From Candidatus Limnocylindrales bacterium (GTDB lineage: Bacteria; Chloroflexota; Limnocylindria; Limnocylindrales; CSP1-4), in assembly GCA_035248345.1 (NCBI GenBank), contig DATFHO010000101.1, positions 4,168-68,167 on the forward strand: DNA of 64,000 nt. The letters run 5' to 3'. Position 1 is the stretch's first letter, and each line of letters opens with the position of its first letter. This document shows positions 19,508 through 31,155 of this stretch, piece by piece. A program made the position numbers and the translations under genes. The notes under the pieces were generated by a model, which was given only the letters and a program-made list of their open reading frames with translations, had not been told where the DNA came from and did not search any database.

Positions 19508-19529
19508 CGCAGCGCCGAGGTTCGCCCGC

Positions 19530-22376
<2,847 letters not shown>

Positions 22377-22404
22377 ACCGGGCCCGAGCCGGAGACAGAG
22401 CCAC

Positions 22405-23673
22405 CTACTCGGGTGCTTCCGGGAGCTCCTGCAATCGCGGAACCGGCGAGCCGACGAGCCACAGCAGGCCACTGAGCTGCGCGACCGTCACGATCAGCAG
22501 GGTCTCGTGCACCCCCAGGATGGAGCCGAGGGCCCCGCCGAGGATCGCCCCGATCGGTCGGACGCCGACGTTGATGAACGAGAACGCGCCACCGGCGCGC
22601 CCTCGCAGCCGGTCGGGCGTCCGTGAGATCAGCAGCGAGCCGCCGTTGATGTCGAGGATCATCACGCCGAGGCCGCCGAGGAACTCGGCGACGAAGAGCA
22701 GCCCCAGCACCACCGGGAACGGCATGCCGAGCGCGAGCGGGACGAAGATCGTCGCGCCGGGGAAGATCACCATCGCGACCGTGAACGCGCCGCCGACGCC
22801 GAGCTGCCGGCCGACCCGTGGCGCGATGACCGCGCCGATGACGCCGCCGATCGCCCCGACGCCGAGCAGCAGCCCGAGCACGCCCGGATCGACGTGCAGG
22901 TACGTCGTCGCGAACAGGATGAACAGCGCCTGGTAGCAGTAGTTGAAGAGGTTCATCGTCGCGACGCCGAGGATGCTCGGGCGCAGGATCGGGTCCCGGA
23001 GCACGAACGACATCCCCGAGGTCAGCTGCTCGCGGATCGTCCCCGGGTCGTGCTCGACGGGCGCATCCGGGGTATCGATCCGGGCGAGGAAGAACGCCGA
23101 CGCGAGGAACGAGAGCGCATCGGCGACGAGCGCGATCGGGGCGCTCAGCACCTGGATCAGGACGCCACCGATCGCCGGCCCGCCGACCGCGGACACCGAT
23201 CGGCTGCCGTTCAGCAGCGCGTTCGCCTCCACGTACTGCTCGCGCTTCGCGACGGAGGCGAACATCGTCATCCAGGCGAGGTTGAAGACGATCGCGATCG
23301 TCCCGATCAGGAACGAGATCCCGAGCAGCAGCGGCAGGCTCAGCGCGTGCAGCGCGAACGCGAGCGGCACCGTGGCGATGAGCGCCGCCCGGCCCAGGTC
23401 CGCGAAGACCATGAGCCGCCGACGCCGGTGCACCCGGTCCAGCCACACGCCGCCTGGCAGCGAGAACAGGAGCGCCGGGAGCAGCGATGCCGCGGTCAGC
23501 AGGCCCATGTCACCGGGGGTTGCGCCAAGCGTCAGCACCGCCACGATGGGCAATGCGAGGTACGTGATCTGGTCGCCGAAGACCGAGATCGTCTGGCCGA
23601 GCCAGAACCGCCGGAACGGCGTCTCGCCCAGGATCGGCGGCAGTTGCGCCATGGGGCCTCGTCGCAGCGTCAT
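22405..23673 (-). CDS. MFS transporter (EntS/macrolide-exporter-like)
   Basis: 422-aa ORF with about 12 hydrophobic segments. The N-terminus FRRFWLGQTISVFGDQITYLALP is typical of this MFS subgroup. Confidence 0.8.
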   Translation of the reverse strand: MTLRRGPMAQLPPILGETPFRRFWLGQTISVFGDQITYLALPIVAVLTLGATPGDMGLLTAASLLPALLFSLPGGVWLDRVHRRRRLMVFADLGRAALIATVPLAFALHALSLPLLLGISFLIGTIAIVFNLAWMTMFASVAKREQYVEANALLNGSRSVSAVGGPAIGGVLIQVLSAPIALVADALSFLASAFFLARIDTPDAPVEHDPGTIREQLTSGMSFVLRDPILRPSILGVATMNLFNYCYQALFILFATTYLHVDPGVLGLLLGVGAIGGVIGAVIAPRVGRQLGVGGAFTVAMVIFPGATIFVPLALGMPFPVVLGLLFVAEFLGGLGVMILDINGGSLLISRTPDRLRGRAGGAFSFINVGVRPIGAILGGALGSILGVHETLLIVTVAQLSGLLWLVGSPVPRLQELPEAPE

Positions 23674-23727
23674 GGGTCCCTCGGTTCGGACACCGTGCGT
23701 GCGCCGGAAGCGTCGGCGCGATGATGT

Positions 23728-23803
23728 TGGTGGGCGATACTGGATTCGAACCAGTGACCCCGCGGATGTGAACCGCGTGCTCTAACCACTGAGCCAATCG
23801 CCC
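23728..23803 (-). tRNA. tRNA-Val (anticodon CAC), CCA-encoded
   Basis: Minus-strand sequence: GGGCGAT-TG-GCTC-AGTGGTTA-GAGC-A-CGCGG-TTCACAT-CCGCG-GGGTC-ACTGG-TTCGAAT-CCAGT-ATCGCCC-A-CCA. It folds as a perfect 76-nt cloverleaf with anticodon loop TT-CAC-AT. Confidence 0.95.
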
Positions 23804-23839
23804 AAATGCCGTCGGCGCGAACGTGACGGCGGACCGGGA

Positions 23840-24118
23840 TCATACATCGAGGTCGGGCCATCGCGACCTCAGCGCCTCCGGAGCGACTCCCTCGACCTCG
23901 ACGACCTTCCGGCGCGACGTGCCGCCGGAGACGATCCGGATCGAGCCGGGCGTGACGCCCGTCTCCGAGGCGAGCAGCCGGATCAACGCGGCGTTGGCGG
24001 CGCCCTCGACGGGCGCAGCGTGCACACGCACTCGAAGGACGCCCTCGACCACGCCGTCGACTCGATCCGCTGCGGCACGCGGCGTGAGACGGACGGCAAA
24101 TCGACTCAGACGACGTAC
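23840..24118 (-). CDS. DUF167 (YggU-like) protein
   Basis: This is the C-terminal part of ORF 23840..24304. VRLTPRAAADRVDGVVEGVLRVRVHAAPVEGAANAALIRLLA... is typical of DUF167. GTG start inferred at 24118. Confidence 0.7.
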   Translation of the reverse strand, partial: VRRLSRFAVRLTPRAAADRVDGVVEGVLRVRVHAAPVEGAANAALIRLLASETGVTPGSIRIVSGGTSRRKVVEVEGVAPEALRSRWPDLDV

Positions 24119-24354
24119 CGCATGAGCAGGCCGAGAACGATGAGCACGACCATCGGCGACCAGTCGAACGGGCCGGCGCGCGGGAGTGCTCGGCGGATCG
24201 GGGCCAAGATCGGCTCCGTCGTGCTGATGACGAACGACGAGAACCGGCCCCGGCCGCCCGGATCCACCCACGACAGGATCACGCGGGCGAGGATCAGCAG
24301 CCACAGCCCGATGACGAGGAAGCGCAGGACGTTCAGGAGCAGCAGCGCACCCAC
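24106..24354 (-). CDS. YggT family membrane protein
   Basis: 82-aa ORF with two TM segments. ILSWVDP...EPILAPIRR matches the YggT/Ycf19 motif. Confidence 0.8.
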   Translation of the reverse strand: MGALLLLNVLRFLVIGLWLLILARVILSWVDPGGRGRFSSFVISTTEPILAPIRRALPRAGPFDWSPMVVLIVLGLLMRYVV

Positions 24355-24363
24355 GCGGCGAGT

Positions 24364-25074
24364 CTAGCCGTGGTGCGGACGGTCTCCGAAGATCGCCCGC
24401 CCGATTCGCACGATCGTCGCGCCCTCCTCGACCGCGATCGCGTAGTCCCCGCTCATGCCCATCGACAGGTCGGTGCCCAGGTGGGCCTCGCGTCCCCGCA
24501 GGTCTCCGGCGAGCTCGCGCAGCGCGACGAACGTCGGTCGCGCGTCCTCCGCTTGATCGACGAGCCGGCCGACGGTCATGAGGCCATCGACCCTGAGGTT
24601 GGGCAGAAAAAGGATGGCCGGCAGCTCGCGCGCGAGGTCGTCGCGTCCGAACCCGGCCTTCGCCGGGTCATCGTCGACGTTCACCTGCAGGAGCACGGGC
24701 ATGGGCCGCCCGGGCCGCACCTCACCCGCAACGCGGTCCAATCGTCGCGCGAGCTCCGTCGAGCCGACGGATTCGATGACGTCGAACAGCTCGACGGCCT
24801 TGCGCGCCTTGTTGGACTGCAGCGGCCCAATGAGGTGCCACTCGGCGCGGAGGTCCGCCAATTCGCCGGCCTTTGCAGTGCGTTCCTGAACCCGGTTCTC
24901 GCCGAACGTATCCCAGCCCGCGGCAGCGGCGGCGGTGATTCGCGCCGGTTCGACGGTCTTCGAAACCGCGACGACCCGCACGGCCGCCGCATTCCGGCCG
25001 CTGCGCGCGGCCGCATCAGCGATCTCGCCGAGGATCTCCGCCCGCGTCGCCGCCAGGCGAGCGGGGTCGGTCAC
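24364..25074 (-). CDS. YggS family pyridoxal-phosphate homeostasis protein
   Basis: 236-aa ORF with VVAVSKTV (PLP Lys) ...HLIGPLQSNK...LSMGMSGDY. It lies immediately downstream of ftsZ, as in many Gram-positives. Confidence 0.85.
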   Translation of the reverse strand: MTDPARLAATRAEILGEIADAAARSGRNAAAVRVVAVSKTVEPARITAAAAAGWDTFGENRVQERTAKAGELADLRAEWHLIGPLQSNKARKAVELFDVIESVGSTELARRLDRVAGEVRPGRPMPVLLQVNVDDDPAKAGFGRDDLARELPAILFLPNLRVDGLMTVGRLVDQAEDARPTFVALRELAGDLRGREAHLGTDLSMGMSGDYAIAVEEGATIVRIGRAIFGDRPHHG

Positions 25075-25080
25075 GTCGGG

Positions 25081-26310
25081 CTAGCGAGACCTTCGAAGGA
25101 ACGACGGAATCTCGAGGTCGTCGGCGTCGTAGGCGGGTCGGCGCGCGGGCACGGGCTCCGGCGAGCGGAGGCCGCCGCCGTTGCCATTCGCGGGCGCCGC
25201 GGCCTCCGTCGACTCGACGCGCGCGGTCGGCGCATCGGGCACGCCCGTCTCGTTCATCGAGCTGCGCTGGCGCTCGAGCTCTTCGAGGAAGTCGCGCGGT
25301 GCGCGGGCGGTCGCATCGGACAGCGCCGACGTCGATGCGCGTGCCGCCGAGCCGTGCTTCTTGCCGTCGAACCCGGTCGCGATGACCGTGATCGCGACCT
25401 CTTCGCCCATCCGCTCGTTGAAGCTGGTGCCGAAGATGATGTTCGCCTCGGGATCTGCCGCGGAGCGGATCTCCTCCGCCGCCTCGGTGACCTCGTAGAG
25501 CGAGAGGTTCGAGCCGCCGCTGACGTTGAACAGGATGCCCTGCGCGCCGGCGATGTCGACCTCGAGGAGCGGACTGGCGATGGCCTGCCGTGCCGCCTCG
25601 ATGGCCCGGTTCTCGCCCGACGCACGCCCAATGCCCATGAGGGCCGAGCCGGCGTCCTTCATGATCGCCCGCACGTCGGCGAAGTCCAGGTTGATCAGGC
25701 CGGGCACGGTGATGATGTCGCTGATGCCCTGGACGCCCTGGCGGAGGACATCGTCGACGACCCGGAACGCGTCGAGGATCGACGTGTTCTTCTGGACGAC
25801 GTCCTTGAGCCGGTCGTTCGGGATCGTGATGAGCGTGTCCACCTTCGCCTTGAGGGTCTCGGCGGCCTTCTCGGCGGAGAGGCGGCGTCGAGCGCCCTCG
25901 AACGTGAACGGCTTCGTGACGACGGCGATCGTCAGGGCGCCCTGCTCCTTGGCGATCTCGGCGACGACCGGCGCCGCGCCGGAGCCGGTGCCGCCACCGA
26001 GGCCGGAGGTGATGAACACCATGTCCGAGCCCTCGAGGGCCTGGGCGATCTTCTCCGTGTCCTCCTCGGCTGCGCGCTCCCCGATCGAGGGGTCGCCGCC
26101 GGCGCCGAGGCCACGGGTGATCTTGTCGCCGATGCGCAGCTTGTGGGGCGCATCGGACTGCAGGAGTGCCTGCGCGTCGGTGTTCAGGGCGATGAACTCG
26201 ACGCCCATCATCTCGGCGCGGATCATGCGGTTGACGGCGTTGCTTCCGCCGCCACCGACGCCGATGACACGGATGAGCGCGAAGTTCTCCGAGTCCGAGC
26301 GCAGGCCCAT
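25081..26310 (-). CDS. ftsZ: cell division protein FtsZ
   Basis: 409-aa ORF with [13 protein letters not shown], the tubulin signature [14 protein letters not shown] and the C-terminal peptide [18 protein letters not shown] lies 5 nt upstream of the ATG. Confidence 0.97.
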   Translation of the reverse strand: MGLRSDSENFALIRVIGVGGGGSNAVNRMIRAEMMGVEFIALNTDAQALLQSDAPHKLRIGDKITRGLGAGGDPSIGERAAEEDTEKIAQALEGSDMVFITSGLGGGTGSGAAPVVAEIAKEQGALTIAVVTKPFTFEGARRRLSAEKAAETLKAKVDTLITIPNDRLKDVVQKNTSILDAFRVVDDVLRQGVQGISDIITVPGLINLDFADVRAIMKDAGSALMGIGRASGENRAIEAARQAIASPLLEVDIAGAQGILFNVSGGSNLSLYEVTEAAEEIRSAADPEANIIFGTSFNERMGEEVAITVIATGFDGKKHGSAARASTSALSDATARAPRDFLEELERQRSSMNETGVPDAPTARVESTEAAAPANGNGGGLRSPEPVPARRPAYDADDLEIPSFLRRSR

Positions 26311-26438
26311 GGCTACTCCTCCGCGCGCCCTCTCAGGGACGCCATGTCAAGGCTTGCCCGTTGCCGGGTTGGATGGCTGGTTTGGGGCGCTGGAACCGGC
26401 GCGCTCGCTCGCCAATCCCTCCTCGCAGGTTGCCGCCG

Positions 26439-26448
26439 AGTCTACCAT
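26439..26448. promoter_or_regulatory. overlapping face-to-face -10-like elements in the ftsZ / EAL-sensor divergent region
   Basis: The minus strand has TGgTAGACT (extended -10, 26447-26439) and the plus strand has TACCAT (26443-26448). The same hexamers are used upstream of other genes in this window. Confidence 0.3.
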
Positions 26449-26596
26449 CGGCCGCGTTCCGGGCGCGCACCGATTTGCGGCCCACTCCGATCGATCGGGG
26501 CCATTCGGCCTCCCAGAAGGTGCCGTGCGGCTTGTCGCGCCGCCCTGCCCGCTGGGCGAAGACTGGGCCCACAACGAGCATGGGGTGGTCCGGTCA

Positions 26597-29500
26597 ATGG
26601 CTTCGATCTCGATCCACGGTTCCGTGGCACCGGGCATGAACAGGTGGCGTGCCACGGCCATCGGTGTCGGTGCCGCCATCGTCGCCGTCTTCGCCTTCCT
26701 CCCCGCGACGACCGCCACGTACGCAATGTTCGTGGCGACGAGTGCTGCGGCGACGGCCCTGTGCCTGATCTCGGCTCGCGCAGGCAGGCCGCTCGTGCCC
26801 GGGGCGTGGCACGGCGTGGCCGCGGCGCTGGCGATGCTCACGGCAGGCAATGCCATCACCCTCATCGTCATGCTCACGGGCCTGGACGCCCTCCGCGGGG
26901 GGGCGGACGTGCTGTTCATGCTGGCGTACATCCCCCTGTTCGCCGCCACCTACCGATTCGGCCGGGGGACGCGGCGCGTCGACCGCACGGTCATCCTCGA
27001 CACCGCGATCGTCGGGCTGAGCGCCATGCCGATCGTGTGGAAGGTGCTTGTCCAGCCGCACGTCTCGAGCGTTTCCGGCGGGGCTGCGATGGCCGCGCTG
27101 GCACTCCCCGTGATCGACATCATGCTGGTGAGCCTCGCGGTGCCACTGGTGCTGCTGCGGCGGGCCCGCTCGGCCAGCGGAATCCTCCTGCTGGCGGGAC
27201 TGCTCGCGATGGCGGCGGGCGACTCCGTGTTCGCCATCGGCACGATCGATGGGGACTGGGCCGCGCCGCTCCCCATGAAGGTGCTGTGGCTCCTCTCCTA
27301 TCTCCTCCTGGCGTCGTCCGCGACCGTCCCATCGGCCAGGCGGCTGGGCGGCGCACCGGAGGAACGGCAAGATTCCACCGAGATCGGCCGCACGCTCGTC
27401 CTGGGCGCCGGCATCGTCGTCGCCCCGCTGGCGACGCTCGAGACGGCACTGTTCGGGCGCGCCGACGGTGAGCTCACGGCGTTCGCCGTCCTCTCGGTGG
27501 CCGTGGCGTCACTCGTCGTCCTGCGACTCCAGCGGACGGTCGGGCAGATGGAAGCCGCAGATCGGCGCTTCCGGCGGTTCATGGACCACGACGGCATCCT
27601 CGCGGTGATCAAGGATCGCTCCGGGCGATACCTGTATCGGAGCGCGAGCGCGGACCGGCGACTCGGAACAGCGGCCACGGAGTGGCTCGGCCGGACGGAT
27701 GGCGAGCTGTTCGATCCGGCGCTCGCGGAGCAGCGCAGGAACGCGGACGCCCGCGTCCGGGCGACCGGCACGGCGCTCACCGAGACCTACGAAGCCGACG
27801 GGCATACGTGGCACACCGAGCGCTTCGCCATCCCGGGGCAACACGGCGAAGTGGGCGTTCTCGGGGTCGACATCACGGAGCGCATTCGTGCGCAGGACGA
27901 AGTTCGCTTCCAGGCCCACCTGCTCGAGAGCGTGCGCGACGCCGTGGTCGTCGTCGATGTCGATGGTCGGCTCACGTACTGGAACCGGGGCGCCCAGGAG
28001 ATCTTCAAGCGCACCCGCGAGGACATGCTGGGCACGCGCCTGCTCGACGTGGTCGACGCCGGGGCACGGGACCAGGTCAAGGCACTGTGGGAAGCGGTCC
28101 GTCGGGGCGTGACCGAGCTGGGCGACATGCCGTTCACCGATGCCGACGGCCAGGAGATGTGGCTGAGCGCGCGCGTCAGCCCGATCACCGAGCTCGATGG
28201 CGCGCCGGCCGGTGTCCTCGCCATCATCAAGGACATCACCGAGCGGAAGACCTGGGAGCGCGAGCTCCACCGGCTCGATGCCGCCATGGCGAACACGAGC
28301 GACGCGATCCTCATCACCGACGAGCACGACCGGGTCGCCTACGTCAACCCGGCGTTCGAGCGGATGACCGGCGTGACCGCCACGGAGCTCATCGGATCGA
28401 GCGCCGCCGACGCGTTGCTCGGCCACGGCTTCGCCAACGCACTGGCACAGGCACGGAACCGACAGGGCAGCTGGCGTGGCGACCTGATCGAGCGTCGTCG
28501 GGACGGCACCGACCTCGTTGCGCAGACCACGATCTCGCCGATCGGCGGGGGTACGGACACGTGGTCCGGCTTCGTGACGATCAAGCGCGACGTCACCCAC
28601 GAGCGGGCAGCCGAGCGAGCCGCCGAACGGCGCGGCCGGGAGCGTGCCCTCATCGCCGAGACGCTCGGGTCGCTTCGGGCGGGCGACTCGCCCGAGGAGA
28701 CGGCCGCCGCGGTGTGCGCCCAGACCCTCAAGGTCCCGGAGCTGCACCTCACGACCATGATCACGTTCGGCGCGGATGGCATTGCGACCGTGCTTGCGCA
28801 GCGGGTGCAGGATCGACAGGGCGCGGTCGGTCGCAGCCTGACACCCGAACGCAGCGCATACCTGCGCTCGCGGGCCGCCGCGGGTCCGTGGGTCGAGCGC
28901 TGGGTGAGCGACCCGACGAACCCGTACGACGAGCTCTTCAGGGAGTTCGGCATCGTCGCCCATGCCTACGCGCCGCTCATCGCCGATGACCAGCCGATCG
29001 GGATCCTCATCGCCGGCTGCACGCTGCCCGACAGCCTCGAGCGGCTCACGGAACGCCTGCCGGCCATCGCGGAGTTCGCCTCGATCGCGACGACGCTGCT
29101 CGCGGATGCCGTGTCGTCCCGCAACGCGTCGGCTGCGGCGCGTCGTCGATTGCGAGAGGTCATCGCGAAGACCAAGTTCCGATCGGTGTTCCAGCCGATC
29201 GTCGACCTCGCCACGGGCGTTGTCCGTGGGTACGAGGCACTCACCCGCTTCGATGACGGCACGCCGCCCGACGTGGAGTTCCACCGGGCGGTCGACCTGG
29301 GCCTCGGGCTCGAGCTCGACCGTGCGTGCCTGGCATCCGCCTTCGAGGCCGCGGCGAGCCTGCCCGCCGACGCGTGGCTGAACGTCAACGTGTCGCCCGA
29401 GACGGTGCTGAGCGGGGTCGTGGAATCCACGCTCCCCGGCGACACCCGGCGCGCCGTCGTGCTCGAGATCACGGAGCACCATGCGATCACGGACTACGAG

Positions 29501-29923
29501 GCCTTCAGGGCCGCGGTCTCGCCGATTCGCGACCGCGTCCAGGTCGCAGTGGACGATGCGGGAGCCGGGTTCGCGAGCCTCCGGCACATCGTCGAGCTCG
29601 CGCCCGCGATGGTGAAGCTCGATCGCTCACTGGTCGCGGGAATCGGGACGGATCCGGCCCGCCAGGCCGTCGTCGCCGGCATGGTCAAGTTCGCGCAGGC
29701 GGCGGACCTCCTGCTGATCGCCGAAGGCATCGAGACCGACGATGAGCTCGACGTCCTCCGACGCCTGGGGATCCCGCTCGGCCAGGGCTACCTGCTCGCG
29801 GTCCCTTCACCGGCTCCGGCGACCGCACCACCAGGGGCAACCCATCCACCGGCCACCGCGGGCCGGCCGCGCCGTTCGGACCGGGCGCGCCGGCCCTCAA
29901 GTCGTGCATCTGGCGTGGCGTGA
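26597..29923 (+). CDS. polytopic membrane sensor, PAS-PAS-PAS-GAF-like-EAL c-di-GMP phosphodiesterase
   Basis: This is the genuine 3' part of ORF 25526..29923. The 5' third of that ORF is antisense to ftsZ. From ATG 26597 there are about 9 hydrophobic helices, three PAS-like modules (...GVDITERIRAQDE..., ...IIKDITERKTWE..., ...TIKRDVTHER...), a GAF-like module, and an EAL domain with EALTRF, NVNVSP, EITEH, DDAGAGFASL, KLDRSLV, AEGIET and GQGYLL. The exact start is uncertain. Confidence 0.85.
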   Translation: MASISIHGSVAPGMNRWRATAIGVGAAIVAVFAFLPATTATYAMFVATSAAATALCLISARAGRPLVPGAWHGVAAALAMLTAGNAITLIVMLTGLDALRGGADVLFMLAYIPLFAATYRFGRGTRRVDRTVILDTAIVGLSAMPIVWKVLVQPHVSSVSGGAAMAALALPVIDIMLVSLAVPLVLLRRARSASGILLLAGLLAMAAGDSVFAIGTIDGDWAAPLPMKVLWLLSYLLLASSATVPSARRLGGAPEERQDSTEIGRTLVLGAGIVVAPLATLETALFGRADGELTAFAVLSVAVASLVVLRLQRTVGQMEAADRRFRRFMDHDGILAVIKDRSGRYLYRSASADRRLGTAATEWLGRTDGELFDPALAEQRRNADARVRATGTALTETYEADGHTWHTERFAIPGQHGEVGVLGVDITERIRAQDEVRFQAHLLESVRDAVVVVDVDGRLTYWNRGAQEIFKRTREDMLGTRLLDVVDAGARDQVKALWEAVRRGVTELGDMPFTDADGQEMWLSARVSPITELDGAPAGVLAIIKDITERKTWERELHRLDAAMANTSDAILITDEHDRVAYVNPAFERMTGVTATELIGSSAADALLGHGFANALAQARNRQGSWRGDLIERRRDGTDLVAQTTISPIGGGTDTWSGFVTIKRDVTHERAAERAAERRGRERALIAETLGSLRAGDSPEETAAAVCAQTLKVPELHLTTMITFGADGIATVLAQRVQDRQGAVGRSLTPERSAYLRSRAAAGPWVERWVSDPTNPYDELFREFGIVAHAYAPLIADDQPIGILIAGCTLPDSLERLTERLPAIAEFASIATTLLADAVSSRNASAAARRRLREVIAKTKFRSVFQPIVDLATGVVRGYEALTRFDDGTPPDVEFHRAVDLGLGLELDRACLASAFEAAASLPADAWLNVNVSPETVLSGVVESTLPGDTRRAVVLEITEHHAITDYEAFRAAVSPIRDRVQVAVDDAGAGFASLRHIVELAPAMVKLDRSLVAGIGTDPARQAVVAGMVKFAQAADLLLIAEGIETDDELDVLRRLGIPLGQGYLLAVPSPAPATAPPGATHPPATAGRPRRSDRARRPSSRASGVA

Positions 29924-31155
29924 TGGCCGCGGGCATCGTCAGCGGACCGGCCGCACGCAGCCTCACGTCCCTCGAGGGCATCCGCGGGCTGCTCCGTGAA
30001 GCGTCGAGCGCACGATTCCGTGCATCGACGCGGTCTCGTCTGCGTGCGTCGGCCAGGGCGTCGATGTCCCTCATCGCCCTCGCGGCGGTGGCCGACTGCG
30101 CCTGGGTCGCCCCCAGCGTCCCCGACGGCGTGGGTCGCCTCGTCGTAGCGAACGGGCTGCTGGCGGCCACCGCGCTCGCCTTCTCCTGGGTCCTCGGTCG
30201 CGACCGCCACTTCTCGATCGAGATGGCGATCTTCGCCGAGCTCCTGATCGTCGATCTCACCGTCGCCGCGGTGATCGGCCTCGACGCCAGGGTCTCGCTC
30301 CTCTGCGCCGGCTACCTGCTCCTGCTACCGCCCATCGTGGCGCTGCTCGTGCCTTGGAGCCTTCGACTGCACCTTGGATGGCTCGCCACGCATGCCGTCG
30401 CATCCCTCCTCATGCTTCCGTTGGTGCCAGGCGAGACCGTTGCGCTCGGCGGCCGGCGCGCAGTCCTCACGCTGCTCGCCGTGGCATCGGCCGCGAGCGT
30501 CCTCGGGCATCTCCTGAACCTGCGGGCACGCGTCACGAGCTTCGCGCTGATCCAGGAGATCCGGGCGATGCACCGCGCGGCACGGCGCAGCGAGGACGCG
30601 CTTCGCGATCTCAATGCGCGCCTGGAGCACGTCGCGTGGACGGACGGCCTGACCGGCTTCGGGAACAGGCACGCACTCCAGGTCCAACTGGCGGCGGTAC
30701 GTGGCCGCATCGCACGGCGCGGGGACCGTTATGCCCTGCTCATGCTCGACCTCGACCACTTCAAGGCGATCAACGACACCTACGGCCACTTTGCCGGCGA
30801 CGACGTGCTGCGCCAGGTCGCCGCCGCGATCAGCGACGCCGTCAGGTCCGGCGACGTGGCGTTCCGGTTCGGCGGCGAGGAGTTCGTCGCGGTGATGGGT
30901 ATTGCGCGCGCGGATGACGCACGCGCCGGCGCGGAACGCATTCGCGCCGCGGTCCAGGGGCTGGCGATCGCGCATCCCGCCAACGCACCGTTCGGTGTCG
31001 TGACGGTGTCCATCGGCGTGAGCCTGGTCGACGGGGCCGCGCTCGGCGACCCGGACGATTCCTGGCTCCGGCAGTCCGACCTCGCGCTCTATGAGGCGAA
31101 GCGGCAGGGCCGCAATCGCGTGGTGCTCCGCGAAGCTCCGGTCGACGCCGCCTAG
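29920..31155 (+). CDS. membrane-anchored diguanylate cyclase (GGDEF) with I-site
   Basis: 411-aa ORF with about 6 N-terminal TM segments, then DGLTGFGNRH...LMLDLDHFKAINDTYGH..RSGDVAFRFGGEEF. The active site is GGEEF, with RxxD five residues upstream. The GTGA overlap couples it to the EAL gene. Confidence 0.9.
   Translation: MMAAGIVSGPAARSLTSLEGIRGLLREASSARFRASTRSRLRASARASMSLIALAAVADCAWVAPSVPDGVGRLVVANGLLAATALAFSWVLGRDRHFSIEMAIFAELLIVDLTVAAVIGLDARVSLLCAGYLLLLPPIVALLVPWSLRLHLGWLATHAVASLLMLPLVPGETVALGGRRAVLTLLAVASAASVLGHLLNLRARVTSFALIQEIRAMHRAARRSEDALRDLNARLEHVAWTDGLTGFGNRHALQVQLAAVRGRIARRGDRYALLMLDLDHFKAINDTYGHFAGDDVLRQVAAAISDAVRSGDVAFRFGGEEFVAVMGIARADDARAGAERIRAAVQGLAIAHPANAPFGVVTVSIGVSLVDGAALGDPDDSWLRQSDLALYEAKRQGRNRVVLREAPVDAA

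Noticed and set aside
23674-23840. tRNA-Val as a possible integration hotspot for a genomic island or prophage.
   Set aside because: There is no integrase, no direct repeat of the tRNA 3' end, and no compositional shift on either side. The flanking genes are an MFS transporter and the division-associated DUF167/yggT genes.
25526-26596. The 5' third of the 1465-aa ORF that ends as the EAL protein.
   Set aside because: This portion is antisense to ftsZ and has a low-complexity Ser/Ala/Arg composition. The membrane-sensor sequence only begins after the ftsZ start, so I placed the start at ATG 26597.
26311-26596. A c-di-GMP-I (GEMM-I) riboswitch in the ftsZ leader, which would fit the neighbouring EAL/GGDEF genes.
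   Set aside because: Only GGGCCGCAAAUCGG resembles the GGGACGCAAAGCC block. The GCACAGGGCAAACC block and the GNRA/receptor hairpin geometry are missing.
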